A DNA stretch of 64,000 bases from an uncultured Desulfospira sp. Its GTDB lineage: Bacteria; Desulfobacterota; Desulfobacteria; Desulfobacterales; Desulfobacteraceae. The DNA lies in assembly GCA_963663165.1 (NCBI GenBank), contig OY760175.1, forward strand, positions 2,208,001-2,272,000, in the 5' to 3' direction. Below, one piece after another: positions 11,448 through 21,171 of this stretch. The notes beneath the pieces are model-generated. The model did not search any database. It was not told the origin of the DNA and saw nothing but the letters and a program-made list of their open reading frames with translations. Each line of letters starts with the position of its first letter. The stretch's first letter is position 1. Made by a program: the position numbers and the translations under genes.

Positions 11448-12269
11448 TTACAGGGGAGCCGTCAGCCTGATTTTATGGTCAGGCCCAAGCCCCAGCACCC
11501 TGGCCGCACTCTGATTTTTTACGGCAATCTCCATATATCCGGACGACGATTCCAGAACAAAGGGCGTATGGTCCGGTGCTGCGGAATAGGTTGGAAAAAC
11601 TTGATCAATCTTTGCGTTGCCCTTACCAGGGCGATCGTACTCAAGACGGAATCCCTTTTCAGCAACCTTGTTGAACTCATCCTGTCTTATATTTAAAATC
11701 AGGTTACCAAAACGGTCTTTATGGATAATGGCCAGCTCAAGGCCGCTGCCGTCTTCTGCCGGGACGGCAGGCACGAGTTCTAACGGCACCATGGATTTAA
11801 TTTTTACCCCTAATTTTTCAGCTGGGACCCCCAAAGAAAAATGAGCCGTCACCGGGGCAAAGATATCCCGGCCGTGAAAGGTATTGGAAACCGTGCTTAA
11901 GAAATAGCCGGGTTGATTGAGATGGAATATATCCCGGATGCCGTTATCCCGGGATGCCTGGAACAGCACCCCGTTATCCGGGCCAATAAAGGTGTAGTCG
12001 ATTGTCCTCACAAGGATGGGGGCCCGCTCGCTGCCTACACCGGGATCAACCACCACACAGAACACAGCCCCTTTGGGGAAATAGGGGGCAGCTGAGCTTA
12101 ACAAAAAAGACCCCTGGCGGATGTCCCGGGGTCCGACACTGTGGGACAGGTCCATAATGCAGGCCCCGGGGTTTATGGACAGGATCACCCCTTTGAGAAT
12201 GCCGGCATAAACATCTTCAACCCCGAAATCGGTCAGTAAAACAATCGGAACGGCATTTAAATTCGTCAT
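11448..12269 (-). CDS. SAM hydroxide adenosyltransferase (DUF62 / chlorinase-fluorinase family)
   Basis: LLTDFG, VVDPGVGSER, GPDNG, TFHGRDIFAP, DRFGN; the Asp/Arg/His residues fit the hydrolase subgroup. Confidence 0.88.
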   Translation of the reverse strand: MTNLNAVPIVLLTDFGVEDVYAGILKGVILSINPGACIMDLSHSVGPRDIRQGSFLLSSAAPYFPKGAVFCVVVDPGVGSERAPILVRTIDYTFIGPDNGVLFQASRDNGIRDIFHLNQPGYFLSTVSNTFHGRDIFAPVTAHFSLGVPAEKLGVKIKSMVPLELVPAVPAEDGSGLELAIIHKDRFGNLILNIRQDEFNKVAEKGFRLEYDRPGKGNAKIDQVFPTYSAAPDHTPFVLESSSGYMEIAVKNQSAARVLGLGPDHKIRLTAPL

Positions 12270-12417
12270 ATCTTTTCAACATAATTTTGACAGCGATTTA
12301 TCCGGTCCGGTTTCCCGTTTCCGGCCTCCAAAATTTTACCCCTCTGTTTGAAAATTTCTGGTATTATACAATCAACCGGCCTTGGGGGCCACTTAAAAAA
12401 ATCACTTAAGGATAATC

Positions 12418-12900
12418 ATGGGCATTGAAATCGAACATAAATTTCTGGTTCAGCACATCCCTTCAGACATCACCAGAAAATGCGCCCTGCGCCAGGGCTA
12501 TATCCTGAACCAGCCGGACCGGGTGATCCGGGTAAGAACGGTTACAGCAGATTTTTCCGATGCTTCGGGCAAAGGGTTTTTGACCCTTAAAGGCAAGAAT
12601 AAAGGCGCCCTCAGGCCGGAATATGAATATGAGATTCCTTTCGCGGAGGCCAGGGAGATGCTGGATCTGTTCTGCCCGCCGCCCTTGATCGAAAAAACAC
12701 GAATTTGGACAGAATTTGAAGGGTTTGAGTGGGTGATTGACCAGTTTTTTGGAGAAAACCAGGGGCTTGTTGTGGCCGAGATTGAACTTGAATCCGAAGA
12801 TCAGGATTTCCCCATCCCCCCCTGGACAGGCCATGATGTGACCGGCGACCCCCGCTACTATAATTCGAGCCTGATCAAGGCCCCTTATGCCACTTGGTAA
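12418..12900 (+). CDS. CYTH-domain protein
   Basis: EIEHKFLV, QGY, RVR, EYEYEI, VAEIEL, PRYYNS. Confidence 0.9.
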   Translation: MGIEIEHKFLVQHIPSDITRKCALRQGYILNQPDRVIRVRTVTADFSDASGKGFLTLKGKNKGALRPEYEYEIPFAEAREMLDLFCPPPLIEKTRIWTEFEGFEWVIDQFFGENQGLVVAEIELESEDQDFPIPPWTGHDVTGDPRYYNSSLIKAPYATW

Positions 12901-12986
12901 AACAAGGCCTGCATTTTATGGCGTGTAAACAATAAAGGGAATCTCCGATTAATTGAATTTTGAATCATTATTACAGGTGATCCTAG

Positions 12987-13030
12987 GGGCAGTTCCTGGT
13001 TGGATAATCAAGACGGCCCGTGGCCGTTAT
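12987..13030 (+). repeat. Repeat family B, partial copy 2
   Basis: GGGCAGTTCCTGGTTGGATAATCAAGACGGCCCGTGGCCGTTAT; overlaps the stop codon of the convergent thioredoxin gene. Confidence 0.75.
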
Positions 13031-13593
13031 TTATTGACAAAATCACGGAAGCTCATGGTTTCATAGCTTTTTGTCTGGATATATTCCAGAATGGTTCTCA
13101 GCTGGTCTGCTTCCACATATCCGGGCAGATTTGAAATTTTAGACCCATCGGGTTTTAAGAACCACATGGTCGGAAGTCCTGTAACCTGATACTGCCGGGC
13201 GATATTCTGATTTTTGTCCGCATCAACCGCAATAGAGACAAAATGGTCATTCAGATAGGATTGGACTTTTTTATCGGAAAAGGTGCGGGCTTTAAGCTGG
13301 GTACAATAGGTGCACCATTGGGCATGAAAGTAAAGAAATATGTTTTTGTTTGTTTGTTTTGCAGTTAAAAGCCCTGACTCATAAGTCTGCCATGAAATCC
13401 CGTTTTTTGTAGCCTGGGGCTTTTCCGCCGGCATGGCAGGTGCCTCCACAAGCGGTTCTACCGGCTTTTCCACAGATGGTTTGGCAGACTGTTGGGCTGG
13501 CTGTTCAGGGGCCTTCTTATAATGATGAATCACCACGGCACCAACAGCGAGGACAATCAAGGCCACCACCAGAACATTCTCTTTTTTCATCAT
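13027..13593 (-). CDS. Membrane-anchored thioredoxin-fold protein (SoxW-like)
   Basis: N-terminal TM, WCTYC active site, GLPT cis-Pro loop, LPGY. Confidence 0.85.
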   Translation of the reverse strand: MMKKENVLVVALIVLAVGAVVIHHYKKAPEQPAQQSAKPSVEKPVEPLVEAPAMPAEKPQATKNGISWQTYESGLLTAKQTNKNIFLYFHAQWCTYCTQLKARTFSDKKVQSYLNDHFVSIAVDADKNQNIARQYQVTGLPTMWFLKPDGSKISNLPGYVEADQLRTILEYIQTKSYETMSFRDFVNK

Positions 13594-13674
13594 CTATCCT
13601 TTAATATCAGCCAAATTTTTATATATACCCTGATTATTCTGATTTAACAATATGCTGCCGGGTATTTGAAAAAA

Positions 13675-14517
13675 TCAGCCGAAGCGGCCGGTGATATAAT
13701 CCTCCGTCAGCTGATGAAGGGGATTTAAAAAGATCTGATCCGTGGGCCCGATTTCAATGAGATCGCCCAGATGAAAAAAGGCGGTCCGCTGGGAAACCCG
13801 GGATGCCTGCTGCATGGAGTGGGTCACAATGGCAATGGAGTATTCCTGCTTTATCTCATCAATCAGGTCCTCGATAATGGCGGTGGCAATGGGGTCCAGG
13901 GCGGAGCAGGGTTCATCCATTAAAATAATTTCCGGGTTCACCGCAATGGTCCTGGCAATGCACAGCCGCTGCTGCTGGCCGCCGGACAGGCCGGTCCCGG
14001 GCTGATCCAGGATGTCTTTGACCTCATTCCACAAACCGGCCCGTTTTAAGGAATTTTCAACCAGCTCATCCATTTCGTCACGGTTCTGCACTAAGCCGTG
14101 GATCTTCGGCCCATAGGCAATATTATCATAAATGGATTTAGGGAAAGGGTTGGGTTTCTGGAAAACCATCCCCACCTGGGCCCTTAAGGGAACCACATCC
14201 ACATCCTTATCATAAATATTTTTACCGTCTATGGTAATGGTTCCTTCAACCGTACACCCTTCAATGGTATCGTTCATCCGGTTCAGGCAGCGCAGAAATG
14301 TGGATTTTCCACACCCGGACGGCCCGATCATGGCAATCACCTCATGGTTTCCGATATCCAGGCTCACACCGTTGATGGCCTTTTTCAATCCATAATTATA
14401 ATAGACATCAACATCCTCGCAGCGCATTCTCGGATTTTCGACGGTTTTTTCACCAACCGTTGCCCGCTCTTCCCGGGCAACCAGGGTTCTTTTTCTCTTT
14501 GGTGATGGGGTTTCCAA
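13675..14517 (-). CDS. pstB: Phosphate ABC transporter ATPase PstB
   Basis: [38 protein letters not shown]. Confidence 0.97.
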   Translation of the reverse strand: METPSPKRKRTLVAREERATVGEKTVENPRMRCEDVDVYYNYGLKKAINGVSLDIGNHEVIAMIGPSGCGKSTFLRCLNRMNDTIEGCTVEGTITIDGKNIYDKDVDVVPLRAQVGMVFQKPNPFPKSIYDNIAYGPKIHGLVQNRDEMDELVENSLKRAGLWNEVKDILDQPGTGLSGGQQQRLCIARTIAVNPEIILMDEPCSALDPIATAIIEDLIDEIKQEYSIAIVTHSMQQASRVSQRTAFFHLGDLIEIGPTDQIFLNPLHQLTEDYITGRFG

Positions 14518-14597
14518 GGCCTAAATTTTCCTTAATGTTTACACAACGCTAATTATGACACCCTTCACGGCGTCCAAATGCCTCCAAAGCCTACCAG

Positions 14598-14633
14598 AAA
14601 AAAGAGCGGGCAGTCAATCCATTGCCTGCCCGC
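14598..14633 (-). terminator. Terminator-like stem-loop between pstS and pstB
   Basis: GCGGGCAG..CTGCCCGC followed by TCTTTTTT on the minus strand. Confidence 0.65.
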
Positions 14634-14654
14634 CGCCTTCACCGGGATCGGATA

Positions 14655-15701
14655 TTACAGGTCTGTGAGCCTGAGCGGGGTCAGATTTTTGGCCGCATCG
14701 GCATACTGGTTTCTTTCGGCTGCCGGCATAGGGATCAGGCCCCTGTCGGCCAGATACCCTTCCTCGCCCCAGGCCTTTTCACTGGTGAACTCAGCCAGGT
14801 ATTCCCTGATCCCGGGGATGGTCTCCACATGGGCCTTTTTCACATAAAAAAACAGGGGGCGGGAAACCGGGTAGGACCCATCGGCAATGGCATCAAAGGT
14901 GGGTTTTACACCGTCCACGTAGGAGCCCTGGATTTTATCGGTATTTTGATCCAGAAAAGAGAATCCGAAAATACCAAAGGCTTCGGGGTTGGCATCAAGC
15001 TTTTGCACGATCAGGTTATCATTTTCGCCGGCTTCGATATAGGCACCATCTTCGCGAATGGTGTGGCAGATGATCTTATAGCCCCGCTTGTCTCTCTTTT
15101 TAAGGTCGCTGATCCACTTGATTTTATTGGCACCGCCCTCCATGGCCAGTTCACAGAACGCATCTCTTGTTCCGGATGTGGGCGGGGGGCCAAGAACTTC
15201 GATTTTAATGGCCGGAAGGGAGGGGTTGACGTCTTTCCAGGTCTTGTATGGATTGGGCTGGGTTTTATCGCCTGCAGGGATATTTTTGGCCAGGGCCAGA
15301 AAAATATCTTTTCGGCTAAGCCTTAATGGCTCAGCTTTCTTGGAATTGGCAATCACAATGCCGTCATAACCGATTTTAACCTCAACAATCTCCCTGACAC
15401 CGTTGGCCATGGCACTTTCAAGTTCGGACTTTTTAATCCGCCGGGAAGAGTTGGTGATATCAGGAAATTCTACACCCACACCGGCACCAAAAAGCTTGTG
15501 TCCGCCGCCGGACCCGGTGGATTCAATCTTGGGGGTTTTAAAAGAAGTGGTTTTCCCAAACTGTTCGGCCACCACCGTTGCAAACGGATAAACCGTGGAT
15601 GATCCGACAATGGAGATATAATCTCTTGAAGAACCGGCCCAAACTGTGCTGAAGCCAACCGTAAGAATCAGCGCCAAACCTGCAACAAACGTTTTTTTCA
15701 T
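14655..15701 (-). CDS. pstS: Phosphate-binding periplasmic protein PstS
   Basis: Signal peptide, GSSTVYP, STGSGGG, TSGTRD, YPVSRPLFFY. Confidence 0.95.
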   Translation of the reverse strand: MKKTFVAGLALILTVGFSTVWAGSSRDYISIVGSSTVYPFATVVAEQFGKTTSFKTPKIESTGSGGGHKLFGAGVGVEFPDITNSSRRIKKSELESAMANGVREIVEVKIGYDGIVIANSKKAEPLRLSRKDIFLALAKNIPAGDKTQPNPYKTWKDVNPSLPAIKIEVLGPPPTSGTRDAFCELAMEGGANKIKWISDLKKRDKRGYKIICHTIREDGAYIEAGENDNLIVQKLDANPEAFGIFGFSFLDQNTDKIQGSYVDGVKPTFDAIADGSYPVSRPLFFYVKKAHVETIPGIREYLAEFTSEKAWGEEGYLADRGLIPMPAAERNQYADAAKNLTPLRLTDL

Positions 15702-15746
15702 AATGTTTCTCCTAAGGGGTTAAATAAACTATGTAAAAGTGTTCAA

Positions 15747-17039
15747 TTACCATCTTTTTTCAAATTTCTTCCGCAGGAACACCGCCGCAGCATTCATGGT
15801 GACCAGAAACAAGAGCAGGACCATAATGGCGGCCGATGTCCTCTCTAAAAAGCCTCTTTCAGGGCTGTCGGCCCACAGAAAGATCTGGACCGGCAGGACC
15901 GTTGACGGGTCTGTAAACCCGCCGGGAATATCCACAATAAAGGCCACCATCCCGATCATGAGAAGGGGCGCGGTCTCCCCAAGGGCCTGGGCCATACCGA
16001 TAATGGTTCCGGTCAGCATGCCGGGCATGGCCAGCGGCAGTACATGATGAGCCACCATCTGGGTTTTGGATGCCCCCACGCCAAGGGCCGCTTCCCTGAT
16101 GGACGGGGGAACCGATTTTAAGGACGCCCGGCTGGCAATGATAATGGTGGGCAATGTCATCAACGTCAGAACCAGGCCGCCCACCAGGGGAGCAGACCGG
16201 GGCAGTCCGCAAAAATTTAAAAACACGGCCAGCCCCAGAAGTCCGAACACAATAGAAGGGACTGCAGCCAGGTTGTTGATGTTTACCTCAATAATATCAG
16301 TCCACCGGTTGGTGGGGGCAAACTCTTCCAAATAAACGGCTGAGGCGACCCCAATGGGAAACGACAGGGCCAGGGTGACCAGCAGGGTGTAAAAAGAGCC
16401 GCACACAGCCCCCCATATGCCGGCAAGTTCAGGGTCCCGGGAGTCCCCGGCTGTAAAAAAAGTCTTGTTAAACCGTTTTTCTATCCGGCCGTCCTTTTCC
16501 AGGCAGTCGATCCACTGGATCTGCTGATCTTTCAGCCTTCTCTGGGATTCATCCACCTGCCGGTCCACATGGCCTTTCATAAGCATGTCCACATCATCAT
16601 CGGCCGGCACCCATATCTGAATGGTTTCACCGATCTTGTGCCTGTTTTTTCCGACAAAGTCCTGCAGGTCATAGGCGGCACCCGTACTGACCAGCCCATA
16701 AAGCATTCGTTTGTCCTGCCGGTTGGTGACCTCGGGAAACAGGGTGCGCAAGGACTGTTTGACCATGCCGCCGTAATCGGCAGCGGCCAGGTCTTCTTTA
16801 TCAATGGCCGCAGCATCCAAATGGATATCCAGCCGGATAAAGGTCTGCTTAAACGCGGTATACCCATTAAAAAATATGGAAAAAAACAAAACTGACAAAA
16901 TCCCGAGGGACAAAATAATGGCAAAAAGCCCACACAGCCGGAACCATTTTTCCGCCCGGTACCGCTTGGCAAGCCCCCGGTTGACAATATCCATTGTCTT
17001 TATTTCGGGTTTGGCGTGATCGGCATCTGAACTATTCAT
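15747..17039 (-). CDS. pstA: Phosphate ABC permease PstA
   Basis: NNLAAVPSIVFGLLG, GETAPL; start reassigned to ATG 17039, which overlaps the pstC end. Confidence 0.93.
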   Translation of the reverse strand: MNSSDADHAKPEIKTMDIVNRGLAKRYRAEKWFRLCGLFAIILSLGILSVLFFSIFFNGYTAFKQTFIRLDIHLDAAAIDKEDLAAADYGGMVKQSLRTLFPEVTNRQDKRMLYGLVSTGAAYDLQDFVGKNRHKIGETIQIWVPADDDVDMLMKGHVDRQVDESQRRLKDQQIQWIDCLEKDGRIEKRFNKTFFTAGDSRDPELAGIWGAVCGSFYTLLVTLALSFPIGVASAVYLEEFAPTNRWTDIIEVNINNLAAVPSIVFGLLGLAVFLNFCGLPRSAPLVGGLVLTLMTLPTIIIASRASLKSVPPSIREAALGVGASKTQMVAHHVLPLAMPGMLTGTIIGMAQALGETAPLLMIGMVAFIVDIPGGFTDPSTVLPVQIFLWADSPERGFLERTSAAIMVLLLFLVTMNAAAVFLRKKFEKRW

Positions 17040-18420
17040 ACTGCTCCCTGTATTTTCGGACAACGGCCAGTGCAATGACATTCAAAATCAATGTCACCAA
17101 AAAAAGCATCAACCCCAGGGCAAAGGCAGCCAGGGTTTTGGGGCTGTCAAATTCCTGGTCTCCCACCAGAAGCGTAACAATCTGAACCGTTACCGTAGTA
17201 ACTGTTTTTAACGGATTCATGGTCAGATTGGCCGAAAGTCCGGCCGCCATCACCACAATCATGGTTTCACCAATGGCCCGGGACACAGCCAGCAGGACCC
17301 CGCCCACAATCCCGGGCAATGCCGCTGGCAGGACAACGTGCCGGATGGTTTCGGACTTGGTGGAGCCCAGCCCGTATGCCCCGTCCCGCAATGCCTGGGG
17401 AACGGCGTTAATCACATCGTCAGACAGGGAAGACACAAAGGGAATGATCATCACCCCCATCACGAGGCCTGCGGCCAAAGCACTCTCAGATGAAATGTCA
17501 AGGCCGATGCCGGCACCGGCGTTCCGGATCATCGGGGCCACGACCAGGGCGGCAAAAAAACCGTACACCACCGTAGGGATTCCGGCCAGGATTTCCAGCA
17601 ATGGCTTGGCCACGGCCCTGAAACGGCGGTCCGCATATTCAGACAGATAAATCGCCGACATGAGCCCTACCGGGACGGCCACGGCCATGGCGATCCCTGA
17701 GATCAACAGGGTTCCGGCAAATACCGGGATAGCCCCGAAGGCACCGGATGATCCCACCTGATCCTCCCGGATGGCCATCTGCGGGCTCCACTCAAGGCCC
17801 AGCAAAAATTTATGAATGGGAATAACATGGAAAAACCGGATGGCTTCATACAAGACCGATAAAACAATGCCGATGGTGGTGAGAATGGCAATACAGGAGC
17901 AGGCAACCAGAAAATATTTAATGACGGTTTCCACATGGTTCCTGGCCCTGAATTCAGGGCGGATCATCCGTTGTACCCAGAAAATTCCGGCCATACCAAT
18001 GACCACCGCAATCACGGCAAGGCAAAGGTGGCTCACCCCCTGAAGGGAACCGTAATGTTCCGCTGCCTTGGCAATGTCAGGGCTGACGGCACCGGAAACG
18101 ATATTGCCGTAAACCAGATTCCGGATATCATTGACCAGCAGATTAAGCCGGTCAGCCGGCAGGTTCCTCAACTCGCCGGGCAGCCCGGCCACGGCCATAT
18201 CCGTGATGATATGGGATTCAAAGACCAGCCAGAACCCATACACCGCCAATGCAGGGATAGCACACCACAAGGCGGTAAGAGAGCCGTAATAAACCGGCCT
18301 GGAATGAAGCGCTTTAGGACCGCCATGTGCCCGGGAAACAGTGAAGGCCCTTTTGCGGCCAAGATAATACCCGGCAGCTGTAAGGGCCAGCAGCACAAGC
18401 AACAAATTATATGGTGACAT
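17032..18420 (-). CDS. pstC: Phosphate ABC permease PstC
   Basis: LAGIPTVVYG, SRAIGETM. Confidence 0.95.
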   Translation of the reverse strand: MSPYNLLLVLLALTAAGYYLGRKRAFTVSRAHGGPKALHSRPVYYGSLTALWCAIPALAVYGFWLVFESHIITDMAVAGLPGELRNLPADRLNLLVNDIRNLVYGNIVSGAVSPDIAKAAEHYGSLQGVSHLCLAVIAVVIGMAGIFWVQRMIRPEFRARNHVETVIKYFLVACSCIAILTTIGIVLSVLYEAIRFFHVIPIHKFLLGLEWSPQMAIREDQVGSSGAFGAIPVFAGTLLISGIAMAVAVPVGLMSAIYLSEYADRRFRAVAKPLLEILAGIPTVVYGFFAALVVAPMIRNAGAGIGLDISSESALAAGLVMGVMIIPFVSSLSDDVINAVPQALRDGAYGLGSTKSETIRHVVLPAALPGIVGGVLLAVSRAIGETMIVVMAAGLSANLTMNPLKTVTTVTVQIVTLLVGDQEFDSPKTLAAFALGLMLFLVTLILNVIALAVVRKYREQYE

Positions 18421-18477
18421 TCAAAACCTCAGTAAAGGTACCTATATTTTTTCGCCAGGGAAAATCTATCGGTTTTT

Positions 18478-18521
18478 TGTTAGAAAATGCTTAAGAAACT
18501 GTTAGGAAAAGATTAGGAAGC
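18478..18521 (-). promoter_or_regulatory. Pho-box-like array (four 11-bp direct repeats) upstream of pstC
   Basis: Plus strand TGTTAGAAAAT GCTTAAGAAAC TGTTAGGAAAA GATTAGGAAGC; the 11-bp period is typical of PhoB sites. Confidence 0.65.
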
Positions 18522-18739
18522 GGTATGGAATAACAACCGCTTCGTTTAAATCAACGCTGCTGAATGGAAGGAAAACCATTGCTGCTGGGATTTTTGGAGA
18601 AAATTTTTGCCTGAATCGGCCCATCCTAATATTTGCAAGTGGGCCCCTGGCACCCCAGCAAGACCGCTCTTTGAGGGCAACCCGGCGGCTTGCCCTCCTG
18701 GGGGTAAATACAAAAACAGGCGGCCTGTCCCGCAGCCGT

Positions 18740-19279
18740 CTATGACAGGCTTTGTTCTATGACCTTCCCGGAAAAAGGCGGGGACAATTTCCCAGATCCT
18801 TTGGAAATTAAATCCGGGTTGGGTTTATGGCTGGACCCGCTGTAAGCAACCGTCTTTTTATCACTTGATATAATCTGATAGTTGGGGCGGATTCCCTTGC
18901 CGCTGGTCCCGAAGCAAACCTGGGCATCCGGGTCATTCCCTATATTGGCCATCACTTTTTCTAAAAATTTTTTTGACAGGCCGGCTATCCGTTCTTCGTC
19001 CCATTCAATCCGAACCGTCTTTCCCTGGCCGGAAGCTGTTTTTTTAGGTTTCAACTTCTTAATGCGGCTGGAAAGCAGTTTTATTTTTACCCCTAAATTC
19101 TTGACCGATCTTTCCTGAATTTCCCCTTCCGCCTGGGGGGATAAGGTGTCCAGGCACTCTGAAGCTTCCTGGTAACAAGCCTTTGACTCTTCTAAATCTC
19201 TCTGGTCTATCAGCAGGTCTATATTTTCACACAATCGGTTAATGGTCTCCCGTGACTTCCGGAATTTATCGGGTTCCAT
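18740..19279 (-). CDS. Hypothetical protein
   Basis: 179 aa, RBS GAGGA; no motif recognised. Confidence 0.7.
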   Translation of the reverse strand: MEPDKFRKSRETINRLCENIDLLIDQRDLEESKACYQEASECLDTLSPQAEGEIQERSVKNLGVKIKLLSSRIKKLKPKKTASGQGKTVRIEWDEERIAGLSKKFLEKVMANIGNDPDAQVCFGTSGKGIRPNYQIISSDKKTVAYSGSSHKPNPDLISKGSGKLSPPFSGKVIEQSLS

Positions 19280-19310
19280 CTGATCCTCCTTGCTTTAAAT
19301 TTCATTTTGA

Positions 19311-19399
19311 TCTCAAACCGTTGGCCCGAATTCAAACGGACCTGTCATCAAACAGGGAAAATTGAGGGTGGCGTATACTGCCCCGCCAGTGGTTTGAGA
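19311..19399. repeat. Inverted-repeat-bounded ~90-bp element in the leader of the 18740 gene
   Basis: TCTCAAACCGTTGG ... CCAGTGGTTTGAGA arms; single copy in the window. Confidence 0.4.
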
Positions 19400-19688
19400 C
19401 GATATCCCCCGGTTTTCAGGCGGTTAAAGAGCTGGTAAGTGATGCCTTTAACTGCGCACATATCTAAATGTTGTACAACGGCCGGATTAAATATTCAAGG
19501 GCCGTAAATAGAAAGACGACTTTTTAAAGATCGGGAAAGATGCCTTAAACCCATTGGAAAATTTCATGACACCTGTCATAAAAATTTGCAGCATTAGGTA
19601 AAAAAACTCCAATTTTTGTGAACTTTTTGTAACAATTACACACATAAACGGCCCTGCCCCAACCCTTAAAAAAATCTTGTAAAATTTA

Positions 19689-19757
19689 CAACCATTTGAT
19701 TTTACAATAATTTATATATAGTTTCCTGAGGAACGCCTTCCCGGCATTAAATTTGCA
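19689..19757 (+). promoter_or_regulatory. sigma54 promoter with upstream IHF site
   Basis: CGGCATTAAATTTGCA (GG-N10-GC, 19742-19757); IHF consensus WATCAANNNNTTR matched by AATCAAATGGTTG (minus strand, 19689-19701). Confidence 0.7.
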
Positions 19758-19880
19758 TTATATATTTATTGGTATTTATTGGGTTTAATACAATTTAATG
19801 AACCAGTCGGCCGGTTTCAAGCCGTTTAGAAAAAATGCCCCCCCCCCGGTTTCCGGCCGTCGTGAACACAGGATGGCAGA

Positions 19881-20060
19881 ATGAAAGAAAATAACATTGG
19901 GTTAAGACAACTTATCGCTTTTTACAGACTAAAATTCGAAATTCCTGAAAACATAAACTACTATTCATATAAAGATTATAAACGGGCAGAACGAAAGTAC
20001 CTTAAATTCATGCTCAGCGGCAATAGAACGCCGCCGATGCTGTTATCCCGGCAGGCTTAG
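19881..20060 (+). CDS. Small hypothetical protein (59 aa)
   Basis: Below the ORF-track cut-off. RBS AGGA; MKENNIGLRQLIAFYRLKFEIPENINYYSYKDYKRAERKYLKFMLSGNRTPPMLLSRQA; upstream sigma54 promoter and downstream terminator. Confidence 0.7.
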   Translation: MKENNIGLRQLIAFYRLKFEIPENINYYSYKDYKRAERKYLKFMLSGNRTPPMLLSRQA

Positions 20061-20088
20061 GCCCTAACCCTGACTTTCATGGCATTCA

Positions 20089-20125
20089 GGCTGATTCAGA
20101 CAGCCAATTTTTTTTATTTTTTTTC
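20089..20125 (+). terminator. Terminator after the 59-aa ORF
   Basis: GGCTG-ATTCAGA-CAGCC followed by long T tracts. Confidence 0.55.
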
Positions 20126-20548
20126 AATAGGTTAAAACAATTTTAACATAATCCAGCCATAAGATTTTTCCGCCCCATTGACTTGTTTGGAAATAATGTG
20201 ATATTTATTAGAAATTCAGATCAGACAAGGGTATCGCAATCCCATTACGAATTAATGTAATATTATCCCTGGCTCATAAGTGGGATTAATGGTTAAGGTA
20301 TTTCCACCCCAGACAATTTGAGCTGTTTGTTACGCTTATTCGTACTGTTGCAGGCTTTCCAGTAATATAAACAGACAAAAAGAGCCCCCGGTAGCCAGTT
20401 CCTTAGCTTGACTTGAATACAACAAAAAGATTAACATGGGACAGCGCAATAAATCTGATTCAGTTTATTACGCTTCTTAAATCTGCCGGCCCAGTGTTCA
20501 GCAACAGGCCGGACCATAATTGCTAAACCCCTGACAGGAGGCGGTGTT

Positions 20549-21097
20549 ATGAGCGATTTTTTAAGAAACCTTAGAAGCACTCAAAAAAAGGACCCCACCC
20601 ACCAGCGAAAACCCCTGGACGGTCACTATTTCCCCCAAAACGACAGGCGGCTGATAAAAGACCGCAGGACAACTTACTCCCCCCAGGACATGAACAGGCT
20701 TCCTGAAAAGGTTGGCGAAATGTTACCGGAGATACTCGAACATATTGCCAACCTGACCGAACAGGTCGAAAAGCAAACCAGCATTAATGAAGACGTTTCC
20801 GAATCCACCATCCGGCGAAACAACGCCATTGCCGACTTTTTTGAAATAGCGAACCAGCTGATGTCAAACGACCTGATTCCATCTGCGGCGAACATGGCCC
20901 ACCGGCCCATGGCCACAACCAGTTACGCATCCGGAACCCATTATACCAAGGACGATATTCTGGACATGATCCAGAGCATGCGAAATCAGGGAAGCACCTT
21001 TGCCATTATCGCAGATTATTTGAAAGAAAAGGGGATCCCCACCTTTTCAGGCAGGGGAGAATGGCATGCCCAGACCATCCACAGGTTGTGTAAATAA
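20549..21097 (+). CDS. Hypothetical protein with C-terminal recombinase-type DNA-binding domain
   Basis: RBS AGGAGG; C-terminus G.TFAIIADYLKEKGIPTFSGRGEWHAQTIHRL resembles the serine-recombinase DNA-binding domain; no catalytic domain seen. Confidence 0.75.
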   Translation: MSDFLRNLRSTQKKDPTHQRKPLDGHYFPQNDRRLIKDRRTTYSPQDMNRLPEKVGEMLPEILEHIANLTEQVEKQTSINEDVSESTIRRNNAIADFFEIANQLMSNDLIPSAANMAHRPMATTSYASGTHYTKDDILDMIQSMRNQGSTFAIIADYLKEKGIPTFSGRGEWHAQTIHRLCK

Positions 21098-21171
21098 CGA
21101 TTTTTTGTTCTGCAAGGCCCTTTAAAGACCGGCCGCTTCGTCAGGTTAGGAAAGGGAATGGCATCATGAGC

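Noticed and set aside
11448..12269. SAM-dependent halogenase (fluorinase/chlorinase)
   Set aside because: Retains the Asp/Arg/His residues of the common SAM hydrolase subgroup; no biosynthetic cluster nearby.
18630..18740. GC-rich nested hairpins upstream of the pstC promoter as an ncRNA
   Set aside because: No recognisable family motif; likely the terminator region of the 18740-19279 gene.
19980..20110. c-di-GMP-I riboswitch or sRNA
   Set aside because: The GGCAAA/GNRA P2 arm is missing; the region is better explained as the 3' end of the 59-aa ORF plus terminator.
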